From positions 1 through 42,798 of IMG/VR virus record IMGVR_UViG_3300045988_177667: a DNA stretch of 42,798 nt; one strand, written 5' to 3'. The notes under the pieces were generated by a model. It was not told the DNA's origin. It ran no database searches and saw only the letters and a list, made by a program, of their open reading frames with translations. Below are positions 8,458-18,002 of this stretch, piece after piece (position 1 is the first letter of the stretch; the number at the start of each line of letters is the position of its first letter). A program made the translations under genes and the position numbers. This DNA is from a virus.

Positions 8458-11400
8458 ATGGCCGGATATGATCTCGGGACCGCATGGATTCAGATCAGCC
8501 CGTCCGTGCGAGGCCTCGCTCGGAGTATCAATAGCGAAATCAGTAACGTCGATACTGGGCCGGCCGAGAGAAAGATCACATCCGGGCTTGGTGGTGCGTT
8601 CAAATCGGTAGCGAAAGTCGCCGGCGCCGCGCTCGGAGGACTCGCAATCGGCGGAATCGCAGTTGCGTTCGGCGGTGTCGCAAAAGAGGCATTCAATGCT
8701 GCCGACGCCACAATCAAATTCAAGCAAACGCTCGCGTTCGCCGGTAAAAGTGCGGACGAAATCAACGCGCTCACAAAAAGCACACGCTCCTACGCGGACC
8801 GCACGATTTACGAGCTCGACGATATCCAGTCCATTACCGCGCAGCTTGCATCCAACGGCGTAAAGGGCTACGATAAGCTCGCCGAGGCTGCCGGTAACCT
8901 GAACGCTGTTGCTGGTGGAAATGCGCAGACGTTCAAAACGGTCGGTCTCGTTATGACGCAGACTGCGGGCGCCGGAAAACTTACCACCGAGAACTGGAAT
9001 CAGCTTTCCGACGCCATTCCTGGCGCGTCCGGTAAATTGCAGGAAGCCATGAAAAAGAATGGCGCCTACACTGGCAATTTCCGGGAAGCCATGGAAAAAG
9101 GCGAGATCACCGCCGAGGAATTCAACCAAGCAATCCTCGATCTCGGTATGGAGGACGTGGCCATTGAGGCCGCTACATCCACCAAAACCCTGGAAGGCGC
9201 TTGGGGGAATTTCAAAGCGACCCTTGTGACTGGGGCGCAGGAAATCGCCGAAAAAGCACTACCGTGGATCACCGCATCCCTTGACGCCATGAGCAAAGGG
9301 TTCGAAAAAGTATTCAACTGGGTGAGCAATTCATTCATCCCCAGTATTACGAATGCTTTCAACGTTATCCGCAAGGGTGATTTTACGGGCCCGATCTTCT
9401 CGTTCGAAGAAGACTCTAGTTTCGTTGATTTCCTTTTCCGCATGCGTGACGCTGCCGCCGCTGCCGGGGAATGGATCAACAAGACGCTCGTCCCGTCGTT
9501 GAAGAATCTTAAAGATTTGCTTCTGTCCGGTGATTTCACAGGGACGATTTTTGGATTCGACAAAGATTCCGGAATCATTTCCTACATCACCAATGTTCGT
9601 AACAGTTTTGTCGAGCTAGGTAAATTCATTGTCGGGACGCTCGTCCCTGGTATCGCCACGGCGCTCAGCACCATCGCGAACAGCAGCCTCGTCCAATTCA
9701 TGGAGAATCTCACCGTCGCTATTCTCAATAGTAAAGTGGCGGTTTATAGTATTGCGGCTGCGTTTACGGCATGGAAAGCTGTCATGGTCATGTCCTCAAT
9801 GCAGCAATGGTTGAATGACATGGAGGGCGTAGCCGGGGTTGCGGGGCGTGTCACCACGGCCATTAATGCGATGACCGTGGCGAAAGTCAAAGACGTGGTG
9901 GAGACCGCGCAGCTCAACCTCATGTACGCCGGCGAATTCCTGTCAAATATCGCGCGCGCAACGACGCAGATCACGATGCAGGCGGTTGCTTGGGGTAGGG
10001 CCACGGCAATGATGGTCCTCCACAAAACTGCAACAATCGCCTCGACCGCGGCACAGTGGGCATTCAACGCAGCAATGGACGCCAACCCAATCGGCCTCGT
10101 CGTGATCGCTATCGCAGCATTGGTCGCGGCAATCATTGTGGCATGGCAGAACTCCGAAACATTCCGCAACGTCGTCATTTCCTGTTGGGAAGCAATCAAA
10201 ACAGCCGCCGGGGCCGTGGCCGATTGGTTCGCCGCTAACGTATGGCCTCTCATGCAAGTCGCATGGGATGGAATCGTCGCCGGCGCCCAATGGATGTGGG
10301 GCGTCATGGTATCCGTCTGGCAAGGAATGCAGCCCGTTATTCAGGCGGTCATTGATTGGATCGTCGGCACCGCATGGCCCGCGCTCCAGGCGGCATGGGA
10401 CGGAATCGTCGCCGGCGCCCAATGGGTATGGAACGGCATCGTCAACGTCTGGCAGGGAATACAGCCCGTCATTCAAGCTGTCGTCGATTGGATTGTAAAT
10501 ACCGCCTGGCCCAACCTTCAAGCCGCCTGGGACGGTATTTCCGCGGGCGCAATGATCGTTTGGAACGGAATGGTCGCCGCGTGGCAAGGGATCAGCGACA
10601 TAATCCGACCCGTCGTCGACTGGATCGTCAACGTCGCCGCCTTGTATCTCACCACGGCATGGGATGCCATTAGTTGGGGTGTGAGTGCGCTCTGGTCTAC
10701 GATTCAGTGGGCGTGGGACGCTATTTGGGCGGCAATCATGCCCGTCGCCACACAAATCTACAATGATATTTGGCCCATGGTGGTGGGCGCTTTTAACGCG
10801 ATTAAAGACACCGCCTCCATGATGTGGGCCGATATTCAGATCGCGTGGACTGCTATTCAGACCGCAATTCAGCCCGTTGCGGATTGGATTTACAATACGG
10901 TTTGGCCGTGGGTTGTAGGCGCCTTTAATGCGATTAAGGATACGGCCACTAACATGTGGGGCGATATTCAGTCCGCGTGGGCTGCGATTCAGGCTGCTAT
11001 GCAGCCGGTAGTTGAATGGATCTACTATACAGCGTGGCCTTGGGTCGTAGATACTTTCAACACTATCAAGGACGCGGCGTCCAATCTTTGGGGTACGGTT
11101 CAGGCTGCGTGGACCTCTATTCAGGCGGCTATGCAGCCCGTGGTCGAGTGGATTTACTATACGGCCTGGCCCTGGGTCGTCGACACATTCAACACAATTA
11201 AAGATACCGCCTCCGCACTTTGGGGCACCATATCAGCAGCATGGAACGGCATTTGGGCCACCATTCAGCCCGTCGTTGATTGGATCTACAATATTGCATG
11301 GCCATGGGTGGTCGGCGCGTTCAATGCTATTAAAGACACGGCGTCTATTATGTGGGGCTCCCTATCGGCGACGTGGAACGGCATTTGGGCCGTTATGCAG

Positions 11401-13020
11401 CCGGTGGTGAATTGGATTCAAACCTATGCTGCACCTGTTATTAGTGTGGCCTGGGAAATAATCTCTACGGGTGCGAAAATTCTGGGCGGAATCATTGCGT
11501 TCGTATTCGCGTCCATCATCGCTGCGGTCACCATGGGGGTCGCCGTAATTCAAGGCGCAGCCACCACGATCAGCGCAGCCTGGAACACCGTTGTTTCGTG
11601 GACCAGCTGGCTGAAAAACATGGTCGTCTCCGCATGGAACATCCTGAAAGGCGAAATCCAAATCGTTAAAGATTGGATCGCCAACACGCTCGTCCCCGCA
11701 ATCACGAGCGCCTGGGACAGGGTCGTAGCCGCCGCTAACACCATGAAAGACGGCGTTAGGACGGCGTGGGACAAAATCAAGGAAGCCGCAGCTAAGCCCG
11801 TTAACTTCGTTATCGGCACAGTCTACAACAATGGGCTGCGGAAACTCGTTAACGGTATGATGGAGAAACTTTCTCTCGATCTTCGTCTTCCCGAGGCTCC
11901 CACGATTGGCGGGTACGCGTCCGGTGGTGTCCTGCCCGGATACTCCCCGGGCCGTGACATTTACCATTTCGTATCACCCGATGGCGGTGGCCGGCTCGCC
12001 CTTTCCGGCGGAGAAGCAATCATGCGGCCCGAATGGGTGAAAGCTGTCGGCGGCCCTGCAATGGTTAATGCAATGAATCGTGCCGCCGCGCACGGGGACA
12101 GGATTCCCGGCGGCGATGCCGGCTATGCCGCATTCGCCCCGGGCGGTATTTGGGACCCTGTCAAATCAACGGTAGAAAAGGGCGCGTCTGCTGCCCTTAA
12201 TTGGATCACCGGCGCGGCCGACGCGGTATCCTCGATATTCTCCGACCCAATCGGAGCCGTCGAGACTGTCATCAAGGCTCCGGTTCACAAGCTTCTCGAT
12301 TCGTGGGGCGGCGACGGGGCGAAACCATTCTTTGACGCAGGCAAAGCGGGCGTAGATAAAACCATTGACGCGCTCGGCGATTGGATCAAAGATCACATGC
12401 CTGTGGTCAGTGGATTCGGTGGCGGAATCGGTGCAATCGGTGCGGCCGCCGGCGACCTCGTGAATACGGCGCGACGGGCTATAGGTACACCGTATGTTTG
12501 GGGCGGCGTCTCCCCGGGCGGTGGGCTCGATTGTTCTGGTCTCGTTTATTGGGCGCTCAACGCAATGGGCGTTCATGTGCCGCGTCTCACGGCGGCCGGA
12601 TATCAGGCAATGTCATCGCCCGGTAACCCTATGGTTCCCGGTACGCTTCTGTTCTGGGGTTACCCAGCTCACCACGTTGCTATCGCCTCCGGTAACGGCA
12701 TGATGGTTGAGGCGCCGACTTTTGGTATTCCGGTGCGTGAGGTTCCGATCTATGGTGGGCCGTCCGCGGGTAATCTCCGCTACGATAATGGCGGTTTCCT
12801 GCAGCCCGGCCTCTCAACGATCGAAAATAAAACTGGTCGTCCTGAGCCTGTTTTTACGTCGGCCCAGTGGGAGAAAATGGATAAATTGATCAGCCTCCTG
12901 GAGAATCGTGCGCTCGGCCCTGACGTGCTCGAAATTCGGGACGTTGACAATGATCTTGTGGGGCGTATGCAGGTAGAGGCAACGTCGGCCATAGTAGACT
13001 ATGACCGAATGAACCGATGA
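8458..13020 (+). CDS. Tape measure protein with a Trp-rich 44-aa tandem repeats and a C-terminal NlpC/P60-like peptidase domain
   Basis: A 1520-aa ORF after the chaperones with GGAGAGG as its Shine-Dalgarno. It has hydrophobic and repeat-rich segments. The motif GTPYVWGGVSPGGGLDCSGLVYWAL...HHVAIASG is NlpC/P60-like. Confidence 0.9.
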   Translation: MAGYDLGTAWIQISPSVRGLARSINSEISNVDTGPAERKITSGLGGAFKSVAKVAGAALGGLAIGGIAVAFGGVAKEAFNAADATIKFKQTLAFAGKSADEINALTKSTRSYADRTIYELDDIQSITAQLASNGVKGYDKLAEAAGNLNAVAGGNAQTFKTVGLVMTQTAGAGKLTTENWNQLSDAIPGASGKLQEAMKKNGAYTGNFREAMEKGEITAEEFNQAILDLGMEDVAIEAATSTKTLEGAWGNFKATLVTGAQEIAEKALPWITASLDAMSKGFEKVFNWVSNSFIPSITNAFNVIRKGDFTGPIFSFEEDSSFVDFLFRMRDAAAAAGEWINKTLVPSLKNLKDLLLSGDFTGTIFGFDKDSGIISYITNVRNSFVELGKFIVGTLVPGIATALSTIANSSLVQFMENLTVAILNSKVAVYSIAAAFTAWKAVMVMSSMQQWLNDMEGVAGVAGRVTTAINAMTVAKVKDVVETAQLNLMYAGEFLSNIARATTQITMQAVAWGRATAMMVLHKTATIASTAAQWAFNAAMDANPIGLVVIAIAALVAAIIVAWQNSETFRNVVISCWEAIKTAAGAVADWFAANVWPLMQVAWDGIVAGAQWMWGVMVSVWQGMQPVIQAVIDWIVGTAWPALQAAWDGIVAGAQWVWNGIVNVWQGIQPVIQAVVDWIVNTAWPNLQAAWDGISAGAMIVWNGMVAAWQGISDIIRPVVDWIVNVAALYLTTAWDAISWGVSALWSTIQWAWDAIWAAIMPVATQIYNDIWPMVVGAFNAIKDTASMMWADIQIAWTAIQTAIQPVADWIYNTVWPWVVGAFNAIKDTATNMWGDIQSAWAAIQAAMQPVVEWIYYTAWPWVVDTFNTIKDAASNLWGTVQAAWTSIQAAMQPVVEWIYYTAWPWVVDTFNTIKDTASALWGTISAAWNGIWATIQPVVDWIYNIAWPWVVGAFNAIKDTASIMWGSLSATWNGIWAVMQPVVNWIQTYAAPVISVAWEIISTGAKILGGIIAFVFASIIAAVTMGVAVIQGAATTISAAWNTVVSWTSWLKNMVVSAWNILKGEIQIVKDWIANTLVPAITSAWDRVVAAANTMKDGVRTAWDKIKEAAAKPVNFVIGTVYNNGLRKLVNGMMEKLSLDLRLPEAPTIGGYASGGVLPGYSPGRDIYHFVSPDGGGRLALSGGEAIMRPEWVKAVGGPAMVNAMNRAAAHGDRIPGGDAGYAAFAPGGIWDPVKSTVEKGASAALNWITGAADAVSSIFSDPIGAVETVIKAPVHKLLDSWGGDGAKPFFDAGKAGVDKTIDALGDWIKDHMPVVSGFGGGIGAIGAAAGDLVNTARRAIGTPYVWGGVSPGGGLDCSGLVYWALNAMGVHVPRLTAAGYQAMSSPGNPMVPGTLLFWGYPAHHVAIASGNGMMVEAPTFGIPVREVPIYGGPSAGNLRYDNGGFLQPGLSTIENKTGRPEPVFTSAQWEKMDKLISLLENRALGPDVLEIRDVDNDLVGRMQVEATSAIVDYDRMNR
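10261..11450 (+). repeat. About nine in-frame tandem repeats of 132 bp (44 aa) inside the tape measure gene
   Basis: Units begin at 10261, 10393 and 10525 (AWDGIxAGAxxxW...QPVIQAVxDWIVxTAWP). Further units begin at 10711, 10843, 10975, 11107, 11239 and 11371 (AWxxIQxAxQPVxxWIYxTxWPWVVxxFNxIKDTAS). Confidence 0.85.
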
Positions 13021-13048
13021 AAACCATTGTGACGGAAAGCATATAATA

Positions 13049-13828
13049 ATGCCGATTACGGGATGGATTGCTACACACACAGGGCTGCCGTCAATAATGG
13101 CCACAGGCAAGGAACCCGTCTACGCGGGGGATCGCCTTTTCGCTGTCCCGGGTATGGCTCGAGACAAAAGACCTCTCACTGGGCGTGCGAAAATGATTCG
13201 CGAGCTTGAGGGCCCCAAACTGACTGAGCCTGTGACAATGATCCTCTCGGACGCTTACGCCGTGCCGGGCACCACACTAAAATACACTCAGGGCGACTCC
13301 TCGGTCACGTTGACTCGCCCTGAGGTGGAGTGGTGGCGTGGCATGGTGAGCGGCCTCAACGGGCGCACCGTGCCCGGGCTCATCTGGGAGGAGGCCCAGG
13401 ATAAAAGAGAATGGTCCTCCCCGATTTCGAGATACAACTCACTTATCGCCAGGTGGCCGATGCTCGAAGTAGCCCGCACAGGAGGCGGACAATTCGTCCT
13501 AGACGACCCGTCACACGTTAACAGCGTTTGGGAAATCCTGCAGAAGCGTGAGCCTCTCATTCTTACGCCCGGCGCCCCCGCTGACGTCCTACCATCACGA
13601 TTCATCACCGTAGACAAAGTCGACAGCGCAAGAATCACCGGAGACGGTATTATCCGGTGGAACGTGAAATGGCATGAACTCCCCGAGGACTCACCCATGC
13701 TTGTCGGCCCTCACGCCGGCTGGGGGGCAGCACCATGCGTCACCTGGGGTGAATGGCGCGAAGTCGACAAAGTCTGGAAATCGCGCACATACATTGAGAT
13801 TTGCAAAATGATTGCGGGAATGCCATGA
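13049..13828 (+). CDS. Distal tail protein (Dit position), putative
   Basis: A 259-aa ORF, the first gene after the tape measure. Confidence 0.5.
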   Translation: MPITGWIATHTGLPSIMATGKEPVYAGDRLFAVPGMARDKRPLTGRAKMIRELEGPKLTEPVTMILSDAYAVPGTTLKYTQGDSSVTLTRPEVEWWRGMVSGLNGRTVPGLIWEEAQDKREWSSPISRYNSLIARWPMLEVARTGGGQFVLDDPSHVNSVWEILQKREPLILTPGAPADVLPSRFITVDKVDSARITGDGIIRWNVKWHELPEDSPMLVGPHAGWGAAPCVTWGEWREVDKVWKSRTYIEICKMIAGMP

Positions 13829-14898
13829 GAAACGGCCCCACACTGGCCGCCCTTTCAGACGGCCTCAGCATCGGCGCAAGAATCGACATCATTCGAGGCG
13901 GAGAAGTCCTCAAAACCGGAATACCCGCCTCCGAAGTGAAAGTCGAGTGGTCCTCAACGAACCGCCAGGTCCCGGGCGCCCTATCTTACTCTTGCCCGAT
14001 GTCCTGGGTTCCGGAATGGCCATTGGACGCGCTCAACAATTTCGGGCAGCGTTCCATGGTGACAGCGCTTTACGAGAATCGGCGCGGCGACTACTGGGAA
14101 ATTCCGCTCGGCGAATTCGTCAACATGGAATGGTCCGTGTCGAAAGAGAAGGTGAACGTTTCCTGTAAGGATTTGACGCAGATTCTTGCCGATAATCCGA
14201 GGCCGTGGCCGTCCTCCCCAAGCGCTGGGGCCACTCTGCTCTCCGAAGCCAACGAACTCGCCGAATATGTGCGAGTAAAACTGGAGGACGACGTATGGGA
14301 CGCGCCTATCCCCCGCACCACGCAATGGGGAAACTCACGAATCGAATCAATCTATAAACTCGTCGAATCGCGAGGCTGCGGTATTCGTAGCGGAGCCGAT
14401 GGAATGCTGCATATTTTCAAGCTTCGTGACAAGACGGCGCCTGACGAGATTTATACGTATGAGTCGGGGTTTCTTTTGGAGGCTCCGCGCGCTCCGAGGT
14501 CGGGCGGCCGTCGTCCGAATCGTTGGTACGTTACCGGCAGTAAGCAACAGAAAGCTCAGGGCGAGCAAGAGGAGCGTTGGACCGCGGAACGCGAAATCAC
14601 TGACCCGCCATACGAGCCGGCCGGCTATGGTTGGGTTACTTCGCACAAAGAATTCAGCGCCGCCGGGTCGGCGCGAGAGGTATCCGAGGCCGCAGACACG
14701 TACATGATTCAGGACATCTCTTCTCGCTCTTCCAGGTCTTTGACGATTATTCCGGATGCTCGTATTGAGGTGGGGGATATTGTTGGTGTGATTACTGAGC
14801 AGGGTGAGCATATTGCTGGTCGTGTTTCCGCTTACAGTCTTCCATTGTCTGATCCGTCCGCTACAATGAGGGTAGACATAGAGGTACTGGGAGAATAG
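13825..14898 (+). CDS. Minor tail protein (Tal position), putative
   Basis: ATG at 13825 overlaps the upstream stop (ATGA). The product is 357 aa. The ORF-track start at 13801 is less likely. Confidence 0.5.
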   Translation: MRNGPTLAALSDGLSIGARIDIIRGGEVLKTGIPASEVKVEWSSTNRQVPGALSYSCPMSWVPEWPLDALNNFGQRSMVTALYENRRGDYWEIPLGEFVNMEWSVSKEKVNVSCKDLTQILADNPRPWPSSPSAGATLLSEANELAEYVRVKLEDDVWDAPIPRTTQWGNSRIESIYKLVESRGCGIRSGADGMLHIFKLRDKTAPDEIYTYESGFLLEAPRAPRSGGRRPNRWYVTGSKQQKAQGEQEERWTAEREITDPPYEPAGYGWVTSHKEFSAAGSAREVSEAADTYMIQDISSRSSRSLTIIPDARIEVGDIVGVITEQGEHIAGRVSAYSLPLSDPSATMRVDIEVLGE

Positions 14899-14906
14899 CG
14901 GGCATC

Positions 14907-16823
14907 ATGGTTAGACCGTCACTATTGCTTGATACGGCGCCACGAAATGGCGGCGGCCGCAACAATAACAATGTTATTGTTCAGCAATCCTCAGTATCGT
15001 GGACGTACGGGAAAATCACTGGCACGTCCGCCACGGACTCTACGCTCCCGTCCGGCTGGGTAGAGGTGGGTATCCCTTACAGTAATCCGACCTCTCATGC
15101 CGTTGGCGAATCCGATGGGATTGCCACATGGATAGGCGCCCGCGTACTCGTTATCATTGACTCATCCGGCCGTGTAGTCAAGATCAGTGACCCTATCGCC
15201 GAACCGCCTTCCGGCGCAAAGGTCGAGAACCTCGGGCACACTGGCAAAATGCTCAGTCAGGCCGCGAAAGACGCTGAGCGCGCTTTCAAGGAAGCCGACG
15301 CGATTCGAGACCGAGCCAACAAAGCCGAGGGTGCTGCGAACAAAGCGGCGAAAGACGCGGAGAAAGCTGTCCAGATTGCGGAAGCTAATCGGCCTCCTGT
15401 AGTGGCCCAGACCGCGCCAGAGAATCCTGTCACAGGGTTGATTTGGTATGTCACCGACAATGCGGGGCACATTACTGACGTGCGTATTTGGGATGGCACA
15501 CAGTGGGTGACCAGGACAATGGTCGCCGGCAGTATTCTCGTCCCATCGTCCGTGGGAAACGTTTCACTGGCTGACGGTTCTGTGTCCGCACGTAATATTT
15601 ACGCGTCCGGGGAACTCTGGGCCAAGATCGCGGCGTTCGCGTCCGTCACTACAGAAATGCTGACCGCAGGAAACGCCACATTCAACGCAGCAAAGGTCAC
15701 CGGCGATCTCATCGGTAACAGGCTTATTGGTGGGGAACTTTCGCTCGTTGACACCGAGCCGACGTCAGGTGAGAAGAATATTCGATTCGGGCTCGGCAGC
15801 GAATATGAGTTCTGGGAGTCTATTTGGTCTCCCAAAATCGCGACCGTAGAGGAACTCGAAGGCGGTACGCGGTTCGTTCTGACGGACAGGGATCGTCCTA
15901 ATCGTAACGATGGCGCGCAGATGGCAATCTACGATATTGCTGTTGCGAAACCAAAAACATACGGTATCGCCGGTGAGGGCGTTGGCAAGGTCGAGGGGTA
16001 TATTCTTTTCACTCCGTCGTGGAACGGCCGTGCGATTCTCACAATCAACATTGGCAAGAATAGAATTATTGCTGTTGACGAGCAGGCGACGGCTGGGAAG
16101 AAAATAAGATTCGATTTCACGCTCCCCGACGGTACGTGGATCCAAGACACTGACACGCCTTTCTACATTAGTGCCCGCACGAATGATGTTTTCACGCCGG
16201 GAATGCAGCTCGGGATCATTTATTCCATGTACGTGTCATGGAAAATGAGCCGCTCCTCCGGTCTGCATATTTTCCGCGACGACGAGGGTGTTGCGAAAAT
16301 ACAGATCACCGACCGTCAGGGCGGCGAGCTCATTATGGACACGAATGGTGTGTCCTATGACCCGCCAGGGTCAGCTTCGCCTCACGCGTCGTCGTGGCGT
16401 ACTTTCACAGAGCCGCCTTTCGCCCACATGGCAACAAACAACGCACAATTGTGGACTGTGAAAGACAAGTGGACCAAGGTCCCGGTCGGGTCGCAGGAGA
16501 AGATCGTTCGCGGCGGAATGCAAGTGGATGGTGTCGAAATCATTATCCCGCAGAGCGGGCTCTATCGTCTAGACGGCACAACATGGTACAGGTCATCATG
16601 GGCGGGATATGTTGGCGGCACAAGGGTCGCTCGCAGCAACGATGTCGAATACGGCGTTTACATGTATGCTGCGCTGAACCACGGCCTGTGGACTGCACTG
16701 CAGGTGACAGGTGTTAGGCGCCTGAACGTCGGAGATCGGATCGCGCTTTATACGTATCAGAATATTGACGAGGGTACAATTATGGATTGGGGCGAGATGA
16801 CGGTTAGCTGGCTCACCTACTGA
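14907..16823 (+). CDS. Minor tail / putative receptor-binding protein with a coiled-coil segment
   Basis: A 638-aa ORF with a Lys/Ala/Glu-rich coiled-coil stretch (AKDAERAFKEADAIRDRANKAEGAANKAAKDAEKAVQIAEA). It lies in the tail-tip block. Confidence 0.5.
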   Translation: MVRPSLLLDTAPRNGGGRNNNNVIVQQSSVSWTYGKITGTSATDSTLPSGWVEVGIPYSNPTSHAVGESDGIATWIGARVLVIIDSSGRVVKISDPIAEPPSGAKVENLGHTGKMLSQAAKDAERAFKEADAIRDRANKAEGAANKAAKDAEKAVQIAEANRPPVVAQTAPENPVTGLIWYVTDNAGHITDVRIWDGTQWVTRTMVAGSILVPSSVGNVSLADGSVSARNIYASGELWAKIAAFASVTTEMLTAGNATFNAAKVTGDLIGNRLIGGELSLVDTEPTSGEKNIRFGLGSEYEFWESIWSPKIATVEELEGGTRFVLTDRDRPNRNDGAQMAIYDIAVAKPKTYGIAGEGVGKVEGYILFTPSWNGRAILTINIGKNRIIAVDEQATAGKKIRFDFTLPDGTWIQDTDTPFYISARTNDVFTPGMQLGIIYSMYVSWKMSRSSGLHIFRDDEGVAKIQITDRQGGELIMDTNGVSYDPPGSASPHASSWRTFTEPPFAHMATNNAQLWTVKDKWTKVPVGSQEKIVRGGMQVDGVEIIIPQSGLYRLDGTTWYRSSWAGYVGGTRVARSNDVEYGVYMYAALNHGLWTALQVTGVRRLNVGDRIALYTYQNIDEGTIMDWGEMTVSWLTY

Positions 16824-16857
16824 AGATTGTGTAACAATATTTTTAGGAGAAAACAAT

Positions 16858-17559
16858 ATGCCTAATACTAGGTGGACCGGCGGCATCGTCCCCACGGTAG
16901 ATGATAATCTCATTGAGGCCTGGGATGCGTATGATGATTCCGCCGGCAGAGTTATGCCAGCGGCGTCCGTAGCCGCGGCACGGGTCATGCTTGCGGCCGC
17001 ACCATCCGGGGCGGTATCGAAAGCGCGCCCCGCAGTTTTCATTATTGACGACATTCTGTACACCGCTGACGGCTCCAAGGCTGGCGACGGGTCATTCAAC
17101 ATTAACCCAGCGAATTCGTTCAGCGGTGTACTTTACCGGCACCGTGATAATACGAACGGCCGTGGACGCCCTACCTCGGATCATGCTACTTACACGTGGG
17201 GTGACGGTATTGTTACCCTACCTATTAAGAGTCTCATGGAGTTCTCGCTTGACGTGTGCGTGAGCATTGCGCATGAGGATTATCATTCCGAGGAGGAGAA
17301 GGATAAGGCTGTCGGCTCGTATTTCTTCGGATTCAAGCTCGACAATAGGGGTATTTGGCAGACCGAGATTCAATACAATCGCACGTTTATGACGCACCAT
17401 ATGCAATGGCGCCTTTCCGTGGAAGCCGGCTCACACAGGGTCGCTTACACTACGGCGGGCAGCTATGGTGCCGACCCGTACTGGCATTACGATGGCGGCG
17501 TTTTCCCGGGCACGGTGTTTACGGTGGCTACCCTTGGCGCGACCCGCGTTGACCTGTAA
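16858..17559 (+). CDS. Tail-tip/fibre-associated protein, function unknown
   Basis: A 233-aa ORF with an AGGAGA Shine-Dalgarno 7 nt upstream. Confidence 0.45.
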   Translation: MPNTRWTGGIVPTVDDNLIEAWDAYDDSAGRVMPAASVAAARVMLAAAPSGAVSKARPAVFIIDDILYTADGSKAGDGSFNINPANSFSGVLYRHRDNTNGRGRPTSDHATYTWGDGIVTLPIKSLMEFSLDVCVSIAHEDYHSEEEKDKAVGSYFFGFKLDNRGIWQTEIQYNRTFMTHHMQWRLSVEAGSHRVAYTTAGSYGADPYWHYDGGVFPGTVFTVATLGATRVDL

Positions 17560-17600
17560 TCAACAAATATAGTTCACTATTGGAGATAGGTGATAATAAT

Positions 17601-17993
17601 ATGACTAAAGTCATAGCTACGGTTGTGAATGCGGCCGGCAAGACAGTCAACGCAACAATGAGCGTCCGCCCTGAAACCGTTTACACGTCCGACAATATTA
17701 CGACAGTCCCCGCACCCGTGCGCGGCGACGCCGACGACAAAGGCAGGATCGAGGTGGAAGTAGACGCCAGCCACGGCGGACGATGGGCAATCGTTCTGAA
17801 CGTCGCCGGCGTGTGGGCACGTGAAGTCCGAGGTGCAGAGCTGCCCGCGTCCGGCGACGTGCAGGTGACATCCCTGTCAGCATGGAACGGCGGCACTACC
17901 CCCGATCCTGGCAATCCTGGCGGAGGCGGCCAGAACAACGGTGGCAAGATCACCGTCAGCGACGATGGTCTTACCTGGACCTACGGAGAGTGA
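17601..17993 (+). CDS. Small tail-associated protein with a Gly-rich C-terminal part
   Basis: ATG at 17601 preceded by GGAGATAGG. The product is 130 aa. The ORF-track start at 17580 is less likely. Confidence 0.4.
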   Translation: MTKVIATVVNAAGKTVNATMSVRPETVYTSDNITTVPAPVRGDADDKGRIEVEVDASHGGRWAIVLNVAGVWAREVRGAELPASGDVQVTSLSAWNGGTTPDPGNPGGGGQNNGGKITVSDDGLTWTYGE

Positions 17994-18002
17994 GAAAACA
18001 CA

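Noticed and set aside
9744-10755. ORFs of 187 and 270 aa antisense to the tape measure gene.
   Set aside because: These are shadow ORFs inside the repeat region of a 1520-aa gene and have no independent signals.
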